Translations under genes and position numbers: made by a program
The notes under the pieces: model-generated
Told to the model about the DNA's origin: nothing
Databases searched by the model: none
What the model saw: only the letters and a program-made list of their open reading frames with translations
Source: Candidatus Sumerlaeota bacterium
GTDB lineage: Bacteria; Sumerlaeota; Sumerlaeia; SLMS01; JAHLLQ01
DNA length: 40,802 bases
Direction of reading: 5' to 3'
Assembly: GCA_036751885.1 (NCBI GenBank)
Contig: DAIOTT010000001.1
Coordinates: forward strand, 1 to 40,802
Shown here: piece after piece, positions 32,765 through 40,802 of the stretch
Position numbering within the stretch: position 1 is the stretch's first letter
Layout of the letters: each line of letters begins with the position of its first letter

Positions 32765-35700
32765 ATGGCAAAGCGACAATGGACTGAAGAACAAGCGTTC
32801 GTGATTCACGCAGGCACCCAAACGTTGCTTGTAAACGCCGGCGCCGGAACGGGAAAAACCGCCAGCCTAATAGAACGCTTGCTTACCCTGTTGGACCGCG
32901 AGCCGAACGACCCTGATCCCCACCAGCGGCCGGCAAGCTTGCAGCAAATTGTTGTTGTAACCTTCACGAACGCCGCCGCCCGCGAGATGAAAGAACGCCT
33001 TGCCAAGGGCCTGCGCGAACGAGTGGAATTTGCCCAAACCACCCACCAAGATACCGACCGATTACGCCACTTGCGAAGCGAGCTTTCCCTCCTGCCGCGC
33101 GCCACAATCTCAACCCTCCATAGTTTCTGCATTACACTGCTGCGCCAATACGGCAGCCTGATAGGCTTAGCACCAGATTTTGAAATCCTGAACGAGGAAG
33201 AATCCCATATACTGCGCAATGAACTTCTGGAAACGCGGCTGGAGGAGCTTGCCGCTACCACAGAGGGACACGCCCAGCTTAAGGCCCTTTTGCAAGGGAT
33301 TAGCCTTTCCGCCGGCCTTACAAAGCTGAAGCAGGAAATCCGCTCCACTCATTATTTTTTAGAAGCCCTTTCAAACCCCGATGAGTTTATCCTCACAAGC
33401 ATGGCACCCTATGTTGAAGCAGCGGATGAATCGATTCCCCTTTTAGAGACACAAGCGGTTCGGTGTTTACTTGATGAAGTAATCCCCACGCTTGAGGAGT
33501 TTGAATCACTCCTTGCCACTCCTGGCAACGGCCTGCACCGAGCCGAGCTTTCCAACAGCATGGGGAATTATTTCGATAAAATCCAGCAGCTCATTCCTGA
33601 GGTTCATCACGTAAAAACAACAATCAACAACGATGGAGTTGTTCGTGATTTGCGTTGCCTAAAACCACCCAATAAACCACAGGAGCGCCATGCTAAAACT
33701 CCGAGTGATTTTGACCTTATTAACCGAGCAGTTCACATCCGTGATTGTTATGGTAAGCTGAATGAGCTGACGAATAAACAGGACGTTTCATTAGAAGCCG
33801 TTCGCCTGCAAACCGCCAGCCACTTAGCTCCGCTTCAAACCATGCTGCAAACCTTAGGGCAAGAAATCAGCAACCAATTTCAAGCCGTGTGTCAGCAAAG
33901 CAACAGGCTTACCTTCAACCACTTGGAACGCCTTACCTTGCAACTTCTTCAGGAAAATCCTGCGGTTTCAAACCAACTGCGCAACACGTATCAGCACGTT
34001 TTTGTGGATGAATTTCAAGACATCAGCGGGCTTCAAGGGAAACTGCTGGAGATGATTGCGCAACCCTGCACGCCGCAGCCTGAAGCGCCGGGAAACTTGT
34101 TCGCCGTTGGCGATGTAAAGCAATCCATCTACGGTTTTCGCCAAGCGGATCCTCAACAGTTTCTTGATCGGCTGCAGGCCTACAAACCCTTTACGCCGCA
34201 CGCCCATGGGCACCCCGGTGCACGGCTGGATTTAGTTCAAAACTTTCGGTCAATTCCGCCTTTGCTCAGAAATTTAAACGCTATTTTTCAGCGCCTATTC
34301 AGCACTAAAATCGGTGGAATAGAATTCAACGAAACCCACGCATTCGTCCCCGGTCAGCCGGAGCCTGAAGCTCTTCACTCACCCACTCTGGAGGTGGTGG
34401 TGCTGTATGATTCCTCATCCGCTGATGAAGACGCGGACGACTCAAACAATTCAGGCGATTCAGGCGAACCAGACGAAGGGGACACAGACGATTTTTCACC
34501 GCTGAATGAAGGAACCCTTGAAGCGGATTTAGATCAAGCGGGCAAGGAAGCACGCCACGTTGCGGGGCTGATTGCAAACCTGAACAGACCCTTCGGGGAG
34601 ATTGCCCTTTTACTGCGCTCGGGCCGAGGCTACGCCGCCAAATTGGTGAGTGAACTTCGCCGTGCGGGCATTCCCTTTCAAACGCAAGAGGCAATCGGCT
34701 TTTTTGCCCAGCAAGAAGTGAACGACTTGTTGTGCTTACTGCACGCCATTAATTCACCCTACAGGGACACTGAACTGATTGGCCTGTTGCGCGGGCCCAT
34801 GTTTGGGTGGACTGCCGATGAATTAGTGCAACTACGATTAGTCAATCACAAAGGGCGCTTGGCCAACAACCTTCGCCAAGCGGCAACGCTTGCCCCCAGT
34901 GCACCCCAAGCAAGCATTCAACCCCGTGCACTACGGGCAATCAATACGCTTACCCATTGGCAACGCACCTCCATTCAGGAAAGCGTTTCGGACTTCATTA
35001 ACCGCCTCTACCGCGAGGGCAGCCTGGTAGAATGTTACGCCGCCATGAGCAACGGCGAACAGCGAGTTCGCAACCTGCAGTATTTCCAAGTACGTGCAGC
35101 CCAGTACGATAAGTTCTCCCGCAGGGGATTGGCAGGGTTTCTGGAATTTTTGGAAAGCCTGCTGGAAGAAGAGAAAGAACTCGGCAAGCCCCCCGTTGTT
35201 ACAACCGATTCAAACGCCGTTCACCTGATGACCATGCACAAAAGCAAGGGCCTAGAATTCCCCGTGGTGATTTGCCCCTTCCTAGGGAAAAAGTTTAACC
35301 TGCAAAGCCTCAGCAGCAGGCTGTTGATGGATCGCAGTGCAGGGGTGGGAATACGCCTTTCCGTAAATGATGACGGCGCACCGCAAGACGGAAAAATCCC
35401 TCTTCATCAACCCCTGAAAAATCAAATTAAAACCCGCTTCCTTTCAGAAGAACTACGCCTGTTGTACGTTGCCATGACACGGGCCGAGGAGCGCTTAATC
35501 CTGACAGGTGTAAAAACCAAGTGGCAGGAAAAGCTGGAAAAAAAAGCCCCCTTCACCCCAACGGCTCCCCAAGAATTGCGCGAACAAACAGAAAAAGCGA
35601 ACTGCTTTTTAGATTGGGTTTTGCTCGGCATTGGCAACACCCCAGAGTTTCAACAACTTACCCCAGAGGTACAACGCAGCACCCAAAGTAAGAGCGGATT

Positions 35701-36811
35701 TACCGCAGAATGGAAATTCCTTTCAGAGCAATTACCTGAAACCAAAACAGAAAAAACCGCTGAAGAAACCACCCCGCTTATTCCGGCATTTACCCAAGAA
35801 TTACGGCAGCTTGTAGAATGGGAAAACCGCCCAAAACCACCCCTGCTGAGAGCCAAGATTTCCGCAACCGAGGCAAAACGCGAGCGTGAAACGTTACACC
35901 ACATGTATTTGCCGCCCGCAACCATTGCGCACCAATCAACCAATCTTGAACCATCAGCACCCCAACTAACCACTTCACCACAATCTTCACAAGTAAAAGC
36001 AAAAGCAACTTCACAAACAACAGCTCAATCCGCTTTCGCCAAAGCCCGCTCAGCAAACAATCAATGGATTCCGCCCTTCGCCCGCGAGCCCGAACGCCTT
36101 AAAGCGAAACGCCTTTCCGGCTCGGAAAAAGGGAAAATTGTGCACCGCTTTCTTGCCTTGCTAGATTTAGGGGCCCTTGCCAAGGGCGCAACATTACAGC
36201 AAGAGTGGGAACGCCTTCAGCAGAACGGCTTCTTTCAGCCGGAAGAAAAAAAAGCCCTTTGGTTTCCGGCCCTTGAAGCGTTCTTCATGGAAATGGAAAT
36301 TGGCCGTTTGATGCTCAAGTACCCCACCTACGTTCAGCGCGAACTTGCATTTACAGCGGCCGTTCCCGCCCAGCTCTTTACTGAATCCGCCCCGCAAAAC
36401 GGCTCTATTCACCTTCAACCCCAAACACCCCCCCAAACCCATACACCCCAAGCTCAAACAAATCAGCCCGCGCAACCGCAGGACTTCTTGATTCTTCAAG
36501 GGATGATTGATGCCCTGATCCACGTTCCGCAGCACATTACGGGCTCCGGTCCGATTATTCACCTGATCGACTTCAAAACGGACTACTGGGACGGCACCGC
36601 GGGTCATTATGACGCGCTTGTTGCCGCCTACACCCCGCAAATCTTGCTCTACCAGTACGGGATTGAAAAAAGCCTGAACCAAAAAATCAATGATTGCACC
36701 CTGTATTTCATCAGCGCGGAGCAGCCCTACAAGGTAAAATCGCCAAAAACCGAGGCAGAATGGCATGCATTTTTGAAGCAAACGCTCCGTGAATCGGTTT
36801 CTGCGGTTTAA
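32765..36811 (+). CDS. UvrD/Rep-superfamily helicase with a C-terminal RecB-type PD-(D/E)xK nuclease (AddA/RecB-like)
   Basis: Walker A NAGAGTGKTASLIERL. Motif Ia VVTFTNAAAREMKERL. Motif II VFVDEFQDISG. Motif III FAVGDVKQSIYGFRQAD. NFRS. Motif V LMTMHKSKGLEFPVVI. Motif VI LLYVAMTRAEERLILTG. Nuclease motifs: GKIVHRFL, QGMIDALI, IHLIDFKTD, YTPQILLYQYG. Confidence 0.88.
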   Translation: MAKRQWTEEQAFVIHAGTQTLLVNAGAGTGKTASLIERLLTLLDREPNDPDPHQRPASLQQIVVVTFTNAAAREMKERLAKGLRERVEFAQTTHQDTDRLRHLRSELSLLPRATISTLHSFCITLLRQYGSLIGLAPDFEILNEEESHILRNELLETRLEELAATTEGHAQLKALLQGISLSAGLTKLKQEIRSTHYFLEALSNPDEFILTSMAPYVEAADESIPLLETQAVRCLLDEVIPTLEEFESLLATPGNGLHRAELSNSMGNYFDKIQQLIPEVHHVKTTINNDGVVRDLRCLKPPNKPQERHAKTPSDFDLINRAVHIRDCYGKLNELTNKQDVSLEAVRLQTASHLAPLQTMLQTLGQEISNQFQAVCQQSNRLTFNHLERLTLQLLQENPAVSNQLRNTYQHVFVDEFQDISGLQGKLLEMIAQPCTPQPEAPGNLFAVGDVKQSIYGFRQADPQQFLDRLQAYKPFTPHAHGHPGARLDLVQNFRSIPPLLRNLNAIFQRLFSTKIGGIEFNETHAFVPGQPEPEALHSPTLEVVVLYDSSSADEDADDSNNSGDSGEPDEGDTDDFSPLNEGTLEADLDQAGKEARHVAGLIANLNRPFGEIALLLRSGRGYAAKLVSELRRAGIPFQTQEAIGFFAQQEVNDLLCLLHAINSPYRDTELIGLLRGPMFGWTADELVQLRLVNHKGRLANNLRQAATLAPSAPQASIQPRALRAINTLTHWQRTSIQESVSDFINRLYREGSLVECYAAMSNGEQRVRNLQYFQVRAAQYDKFSRRGLAGFLEFLESLLEEEKELGKPPVVTTDSNAVHLMTMHKSKGLEFPVVICPFLGKKFNLQSLSSRLLMDRSAGVGIRLSVNDDGAPQDGKIPLHQPLKNQIKTRFLSEELRLLYVAMTRAEERLILTGVKTKWQEKLEKKAPFTPTAPQELREQTEKANCFLDWVLLGIGNTPEFQQLTPEVQRSTQSKSGFTAEWKFLSEQLPETKTEKTAEETTPLIPAFTQELRQLVEWENRPKPPLLRAKISATEAKRERETLHHMYLPPATIAHQSTNLEPSAPQLTTSPQSSQVKAKATSQTTAQSAFAKARSANNQWIPPFAREPERLKAKRLSGSEKGKIVHRFLALLDLGALAKGATLQQEWERLQQNGFFQPEEKKALWFPALEAFFMEMEIGRLMLKYPTYVQRELAFTAAVPAQLFTESAPQNGSIHLQPQTPPQTHTPQAQTNQPAQPQDFLILQGMIDALIHVPQHITGSGPIIHLIDFKTDYWDGTAGHYDALVAAYTPQILLYQYGIEKSLNQKINDCTLYFISAEQPYKVKSPKTEAEWHAFLKQTLRESVSAV

Positions 36812-36898
36812 ACGTTCTACCTTGGCTTGACATCCGCCCCAAGTTTTCCCACCGTTTGAAGCCTTTTCCAAATCTTTTACCTTAGGGTTTCCTTACTA

Positions 36899-37420
36899 AT
36901 GCTCAACATCCTTATTATTCTTCTTGGCGTTCTTTACGTTGTTTTATGCGTTGGCCTGATTTTGATGATCCTGATTCAGCCGTCCAAAAAAGGCGGCGGC
37001 TTAGGCGGCATCGGCGGCGGCGGCGCGGCGCTCTCTGATTCCATTGGCGCAACCCACGCGGAAAAAACTCTCGCTAAAATTACTCAATACGGAATGGCAA
37101 TCTTTTTCATTCTCAGCTTGGGCCTTACCTTGATTGCCAACTACAGCGCAACATCCGTAAGGGTGCAAATCAATCCTACCCAAACCAACCCTGCTGTTGC
37201 CCCCGCCCCAGGTACTGAGGGTGAAACGCAAACCATTGACCTTCAATCCCTTATTGAAGGCGCTGAAGCCGAAGCAGGCGCAGCAAGCGGCGCACCCGCC
37301 CCGGTGAATATTACAATCCCCTCAGCCGGAACTGCTCCCGGCACAACAACCGAACAGCCCGCCAGCAGCTTACCCCCTGCATCGGCAACCACCCCTGCGG
37401 AGCCTGAATCGGCTAATTAA
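36899..37420 (+). CDS. secG: Preprotein translocase subunit SecG with a long Pro/Ala/Thr-rich C-terminal tail
   Basis: The sequence runs TM1 (LIILLGVLYVVLCVGLILMILIQ), PSKKGGGLGGIGGGG, then TM2 (AIFFILSLGLTLIANY), which is the standard SecG layout. About 85 extra low-complexity residues follow. Confidence 0.75.
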   Translation: MLNILIILLGVLYVVLCVGLILMILIQPSKKGGGLGGIGGGGAALSDSIGATHAEKTLAKITQYGMAIFFILSLGLTLIANYSATSVRVQINPTQTNPAVAPAPGTEGETQTIDLQSLIEGAEAEAGAASGAPAPVNITIPSAGTAPGTTTEQPASSLPPASATTPAEPESAN

Positions 37421-37447
37421 TTCCACCAAGCAACAACCATCATTGCC

Positions 37448-37494
37448 GGGCGAACCACAAAGCAGAGAGTGTTTTTTGGTTCGCCCTTTTTTTT
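37448..37494 (+). terminator. Rho-independent terminator downstream of secG
   Basis: gggcgaacca (37448-37457) pairs with tggttcgccc (37477-37486). It is followed by tttttttt (37487-37494). Confidence 0.75.
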
Positions 37495-37527
37495 GAAGCA
37501 TCAACCCCCATAAGGATTCACCGTAAA

Positions 37528-38640
37528 ATGCCCAATATAGTGCCCGTTGATTTAGCCGAACGCTCCTACAACGTTCATGTGGCCCACGGCCTGTTGAACA
37601 ACAGCGATGCAGAACTGAAAGCCGCCCTACACGGTGATAAAGTGATGGTTATTTACGACGCCGCCCTGCGCCACAACTGGTGCACCCGTGTAGAAGAAGC
37701 CCTGAAACGTTGCGGTGTTGACGTACACCTGGCTGAAGTCTCCACCGGCGAAACCAGCAAAAGCGCCGAGGTGCTTGCCAACCTTTGGAACGAGCTTGCC
37801 CGCCTAAACTTCACGCGGGAAAGCACAATCGTTGCCCTAGGCGGCGGCGTGATTGGCGATTTAGCCGGCTTTGTGGCCGCAAGTTACTTGCGCGGCATTG
37901 AGTTTATTCAAATCCCCACCTCGTTGCTTGCCATGGTGGATTCCAGCGTGGGCGGCAAAACCGGCATTAACATTTCCCGAGGCAAAAACCTTGTGGGCGC
38001 ATTCTGGCAACCTCAGCTTGTGCTGGCAGATCTTGCAACCCTTGAAACCCTAAGCCCCCAACACCTGCGGGCCGGGATGGCAGAAGTTGTGAAATACGGC
38101 GTGATTTACGACGCAGAATTCTTTGCCTATTTAGAAGCAAACGGCGAACGCATTCTGGACTCCCAAGCCCTTGACGTGCGGGAACACATTGTTCGCCGCT
38201 CCGTGGAGATTAAAGCCGCCGTTGTAACCCAAGACGAACGAGAATCCGGCCTGCGGAGAATCCTCAACTTTGGCCATACAATTGGCCACGCCATTGAAGC
38301 CGTGGGTAATTACCAGGAATTCGTTCATGGAGAAGCCATTTCCATTGGCATGGTTGCAGCCTCCAAGCTTACCCTTCTGCGCGGCCAATCCAAATGGGAT
38401 GAAACCTGCCACAACCGCTTACAAGCCCTTCTAATGCGCCTAGAGCTCCCCACAAAAATCCCGCCCCACATGAGCGCAACCGAACTGCTGGACAGAACTA
38501 AAGTCGATAAAAAAGCCCAACGAGGAAACGTTCGCTACGTGCTCCCCACCCGCCTAGGCGAAATGGAAACCGTTAACAACATAACAGATGAACAGGTTCT
38601 AAGCGTGCTAACAACCCTAGGAGCAACCCCCGCAGGTTGA
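37528..38640 (+). CDS. aroB: 3-dehydroquinate synthase
   Basis: Motifs: GGGVIGDLAGFVAASYLRGIEFIQIPTSLLAMVDSSVGGKTGIN, NLVGAFWQP, AEVVKYG, LNFGHTIGHAIE, and HGEAISIGM. Confidence 0.93.
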   Translation: MPNIVPVDLAERSYNVHVAHGLLNNSDAELKAALHGDKVMVIYDAALRHNWCTRVEEALKRCGVDVHLAEVSTGETSKSAEVLANLWNELARLNFTRESTIVALGGGVIGDLAGFVAASYLRGIEFIQIPTSLLAMVDSSVGGKTGINISRGKNLVGAFWQPQLVLADLATLETLSPQHLRAGMAEVVKYGVIYDAEFFAYLEANGERILDSQALDVREHIVRRSVEIKAAVVTQDERESGLRRILNFGHTIGHAIEAVGNYQEFVHGEAISIGMVAASKLTLLRGQSKWDETCHNRLQALLMRLELPTKIPPHMSATELLDRTKVDKKAQRGNVRYVLPTRLGEMETVNNITDEQVLSVLTTLGATPAG

Positions 38641-38787
38641 GGTTTCAGTTCAAACAGAACAACTCCCCCTCTTTCATCCCCCTATCCCATGCATAATAAA
38701 TGGTTGAGGCGAATTCTACCCCCTCCTAACAATCCCCAACGAACATGGTGAATTCTACCTTCAATCCCCCGTTTATGCCGACCTATT

Positions 38788-40161
38788 ATGAGCACCAAAG
38801 TTCTTGTAATCGCCTATTTTTCCCCTCCCGATGCCACGGGTGTTCGGCGCTTGATTTCTCATTTGCAGTATTGGGCAGAGCTGAACATTGAACCCATTAT
38901 TCTAACGTGCAAACAAAAGCGCAGTGCCGGCTGGGATGCAGCAATCTTGCAGGAGCCTTGGTGGCAACAGTTACAAGTTGTGCAAACAGAATCCTGGGAT
39001 CCCTACCGCTTGCTAGAGCGGTTTGCCCCATCCAAGCCCGCCGTGGAACGCCCCACCAACACGCCTAATGCTGCCACGGCACCCGCAAAAACCGGCGGCT
39101 TTGGGGCCAACGTCTTACAACGATTGCGGGAACATTTTTTCCTGCCGGACGACCGCTCCGGCTGGATTCCCTTTGCCGTGGCAGAGGGTGAACGCCTAAT
39201 CAAACGCCATAAAATCACCGCCATTTACACCTCCAATTACCCCCAATCCGCCCACGTTGTAGGCTTGCGCCTAAAGCAACGCACCGGTGTTCATTGGGTG
39301 GCAGACTTCCGCGACGGATGGACGCAAAATCCCGCCTTTTTTTGCCCTGCTAACCCGTTCCTTGCCAGCGCTCAACACCGCTTGGAGCGCCAAGTTGCAA
39401 ACACAGCTGATGAGCTAATCACAGTAAGCCCCCCCATTACGCGGCATTTACAAGCCCTGCGCGATGCTGCTCTTTCGCCGGCGCAAACGATCTTCAACGG
39501 CTATGATCCCGCTGACTACGGCCTTCCTGCAAACGATGCTTCCCTCCCCGAGCCCTTTCACCCCGGTTGCCTGACAATTCTCTACACAGGAACGTTTTTT
39601 GGTCGCCGGCACCCTCGGCTATTTCTGCGGTTAATCGCCGCCCTGCGCCGCCGATCCCCCTATTGGCGCCGGCGCCTGCGCGTACGCTTTCGCTGCGCCC
39701 TAAGCCAGCGGGATGCTACCCTGGCAAAAGAGCTGGGCCTGCTTGATTTCACGGAAACACCAAACGGAACAACCGCCCCCTGTTTGGAAATTCTCCCAAG
39801 CATCCCGTTTGCAGCGTGCTCCCGCGAGCAACAACGGGCGGATGTTCTTTTGCTGGTGCTGGAGCACGGCCCCGGGGCGGAAATTATGGTGAGCCAAAAG
39901 GTATTCGAGTACCTAGGCGCCCGCCGGCCCATTTACGCCCTAGTGCCCCAAGGCGCCGCGGCAGAGGTACTAAAGCAAACCGGCGGCGCCCTTGTTCACG
40001 CCCACGCCAATACCAGCCCCCAGTTGAAGGCGTTTGCCAGCTTTCTGCGTACAGTTGAAAAAGGCGAGTTTCCTTTACCAGATGAAGAAAACCTGAAGAC
40101 ATTTCACCGCAGAGAACAAGCCCTTGCAATCGGCAAATTACTGCAACACCCCCAAGAATAA
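38788..40161 (+). CDS. Glycosyltransferase, GT-B fold (GT4-like)
   Basis: The N-terminus KVLVIAYFSPPDATGVRRL is typical of GT4-like enzymes. The C-terminal VSQKVFEYLGARRPIYALVP resembles the donor-binding E-x7-E region. The family call is moderate only. Confidence 0.55.
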   Translation: MSTKVLVIAYFSPPDATGVRRLISHLQYWAELNIEPIILTCKQKRSAGWDAAILQEPWWQQLQVVQTESWDPYRLLERFAPSKPAVERPTNTPNAATAPAKTGGFGANVLQRLREHFFLPDDRSGWIPFAVAEGERLIKRHKITAIYTSNYPQSAHVVGLRLKQRTGVHWVADFRDGWTQNPAFFCPANPFLASAQHRLERQVANTADELITVSPPITRHLQALRDAALSPAQTIFNGYDPADYGLPANDASLPEPFHPGCLTILYTGTFFGRRHPRLFLRLIAALRRRSPYWRRRLRVRFRCALSQRDATLAKELGLLDFTETPNGTTAPCLEILPSIPFAACSREQQRADVLLLVLEHGPGAEIMVSQKVFEYLGARRPIYALVPQGAAAEVLKQTGGALVHAHANTSPQLKAFASFLRTVEKGEFPLPDEENLKTFHRREQALAIGKLLQHPQE

Positions 40162-40336
40162 CACCCCCTGCAAAATGGAAACCGCGATTTCAGGTTGAGC
40201 AGCCAAAGGGAAAACCGTAGGCTTTGCAACTAATCTTGTTTGCATTCAGTCAACGATTGTACCAAACTAATTTTCAGGATGAGTAAGAATTACTCTGAGC
40301 AAGTAATCCCCGAGTTTTTGTTGTGAGGAGTTGCTG

Positions 40337-40802
40337 ATGGCGACAAACGACCAGAAAAGAAACATGGAGATGCTGATCAAAGAGGATCAAGCAGCCGCCA
40401 TCAATCAGGCAAAAAAGGAAAACCGCATTGTTCCCCAAGGCGAGTTTGCTACTAGGCCGAAACGCCTTACCCCTAAATCCGTTTTCCCCAAAAATGAACA
40501 AGGCACCTGGGTAAATAAACGCGGCGTTGGCACCGAATACTCCGATGAACCCCTTCCCGATGCCTACGATATTGAAGAGCGCGATCAGCAACAACTGATT
40601 CAAAGTCTTACGGAGAAAGTTGGCCTTCCCTACGGTGATATTGGCGATTACGACTTGCGCTCAGAAAATGCCGAGCGCGTACGCTCCTTCATCCCCGCAT
40701 CCATTGCCCGCGAAAAACGCATTTTCCCCCTCAAGGAATACCAAGGCGCCGACGGCCGCCCCGTTCTTACCCTAGGCATATGCGACGCCCTAGACGTTAC
40801 CA
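40337..40802 (+). CDS. N-terminal part of a GspE/PilB-type secretion or pilus-assembly ATPase (T2SSE_N-like domain); the 3' end lies outside the window
   Basis: This ORF is not in the supplied track. ATG at 40337 is preceded by GAGGAG (40325-40330). I translated the frame by hand to the window end with no stop (MATNDQKRNMEMLIKED ... FIPASIAREKRIFPLKEYQGADGRPVLTLGICDALDVT). The I-P-x-x-I-A-R-x-x-x-I-x-P-L ... L-x-L-x-x-x-D-x-x-D pattern matches the N-terminal domain of this ATPase family. Confidence 0.55.
   Translation, partial: MATNDQKRNMEMLIKEDQAAAINQAKKENRIVPQGEFATRPKRLTPKSVFPKNEQGTWVNKRGVGTEYSDEPLPDAYDIEERDQQQLIQSLTEKVGLPYGDIGDYDLRSENAERVRSFIPASIAREKRIFPLKEYQGADGRPVLTLGICDALDVT

Noticed and set aside
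32765-36811. A complete AddAB or RecBCD system
   Set aside because: Only the AddA/RecB-like subunit is present. The upstream gene is too small (375 aa) and of the wrong family to be AddB, RexB or RecC, and the downstream gene is secG.
36194-36871. 225-aa minus-strand ORF
   Set aside because: It is antisense to the nuclease domain of the helicase gene, whose motifs are clear. The translation is Gly/Leu/Arg-rich with no motif, so it is a shadow ORF.
40274-40603. 109-aa minus-strand ORF
   Set aside because: The opposite strand carries a better-supported ORF with an SD and a recognisable GspE/PilB N-terminal pattern.
1-40802. CRISPR arrays, rRNA/tRNA genes, transposases, integrases, prophage or toxin-antitoxin modules
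   Set aside because: A scan of all spacers and ORF translations showed no regularly spaced direct repeats, no tRNA-like cloverleaf signatures, and no DDE, tyrosine- or serine-recombinase, or phage structural motifs.

Overview
This is a 40.8-kb chromosomal segment from a diderm (outer-membrane-bearing) bacterium that I cannot place phylogenetically from sequence alone. I support 27 CDS, two of them truncated by the window edges. One of those, at the 3' edge, is missing from the ORF track. I found no rRNA, tRNA, CRISPR array, transposase, integrase or phage genes. Content is housekeeping plus cell envelope. Clearly recognisable genes are recA, aroB, secG, rsmB, a cobA-hemD fusion, UDP-glucose 6-dehydrogenase, PBP4 (dacB-like), a polysaccharide deacetylase, an M48 peptidase, a beta-ketoacyl-ACP synthase and an AddA/UvrD-type helicase-nuclease. 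The most unusual region is a 15-kb minus-strand gene string (851-15847) with overlapping or nearly abutting stop/start codons. Its order is KAS, SH3b protein, M48 peptidase, 1,418-aa AsmA/TamB/YdbH-like protein, DUF1318 (YdbL-like) lipoprotein, then a 2,518-aa exported PD40/TPR/CHAT (caspase-like) protein with an intact His/Cys dyad. Other points worth a second look:
- A 607-nt A/T-rich convergent spacer with nested imperfect inverted repeats (21728-22334).
- A phosphatidylserine-decarboxylase homologue whose self-cleavage Gly-Ser is Gly-Ala.
- A metallophosphoesterase-like protein with most metal-ligand motifs substituted, sitting directly upstream of the helicase-nuclease.
- A 14-bp hairpin that buries that helicase gene's Shine-Dalgarno.
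- Several housekeeping proteins carrying low-complexity extensions or insertions.
All family calls rest on motifs I read in the translations. No database search was run.
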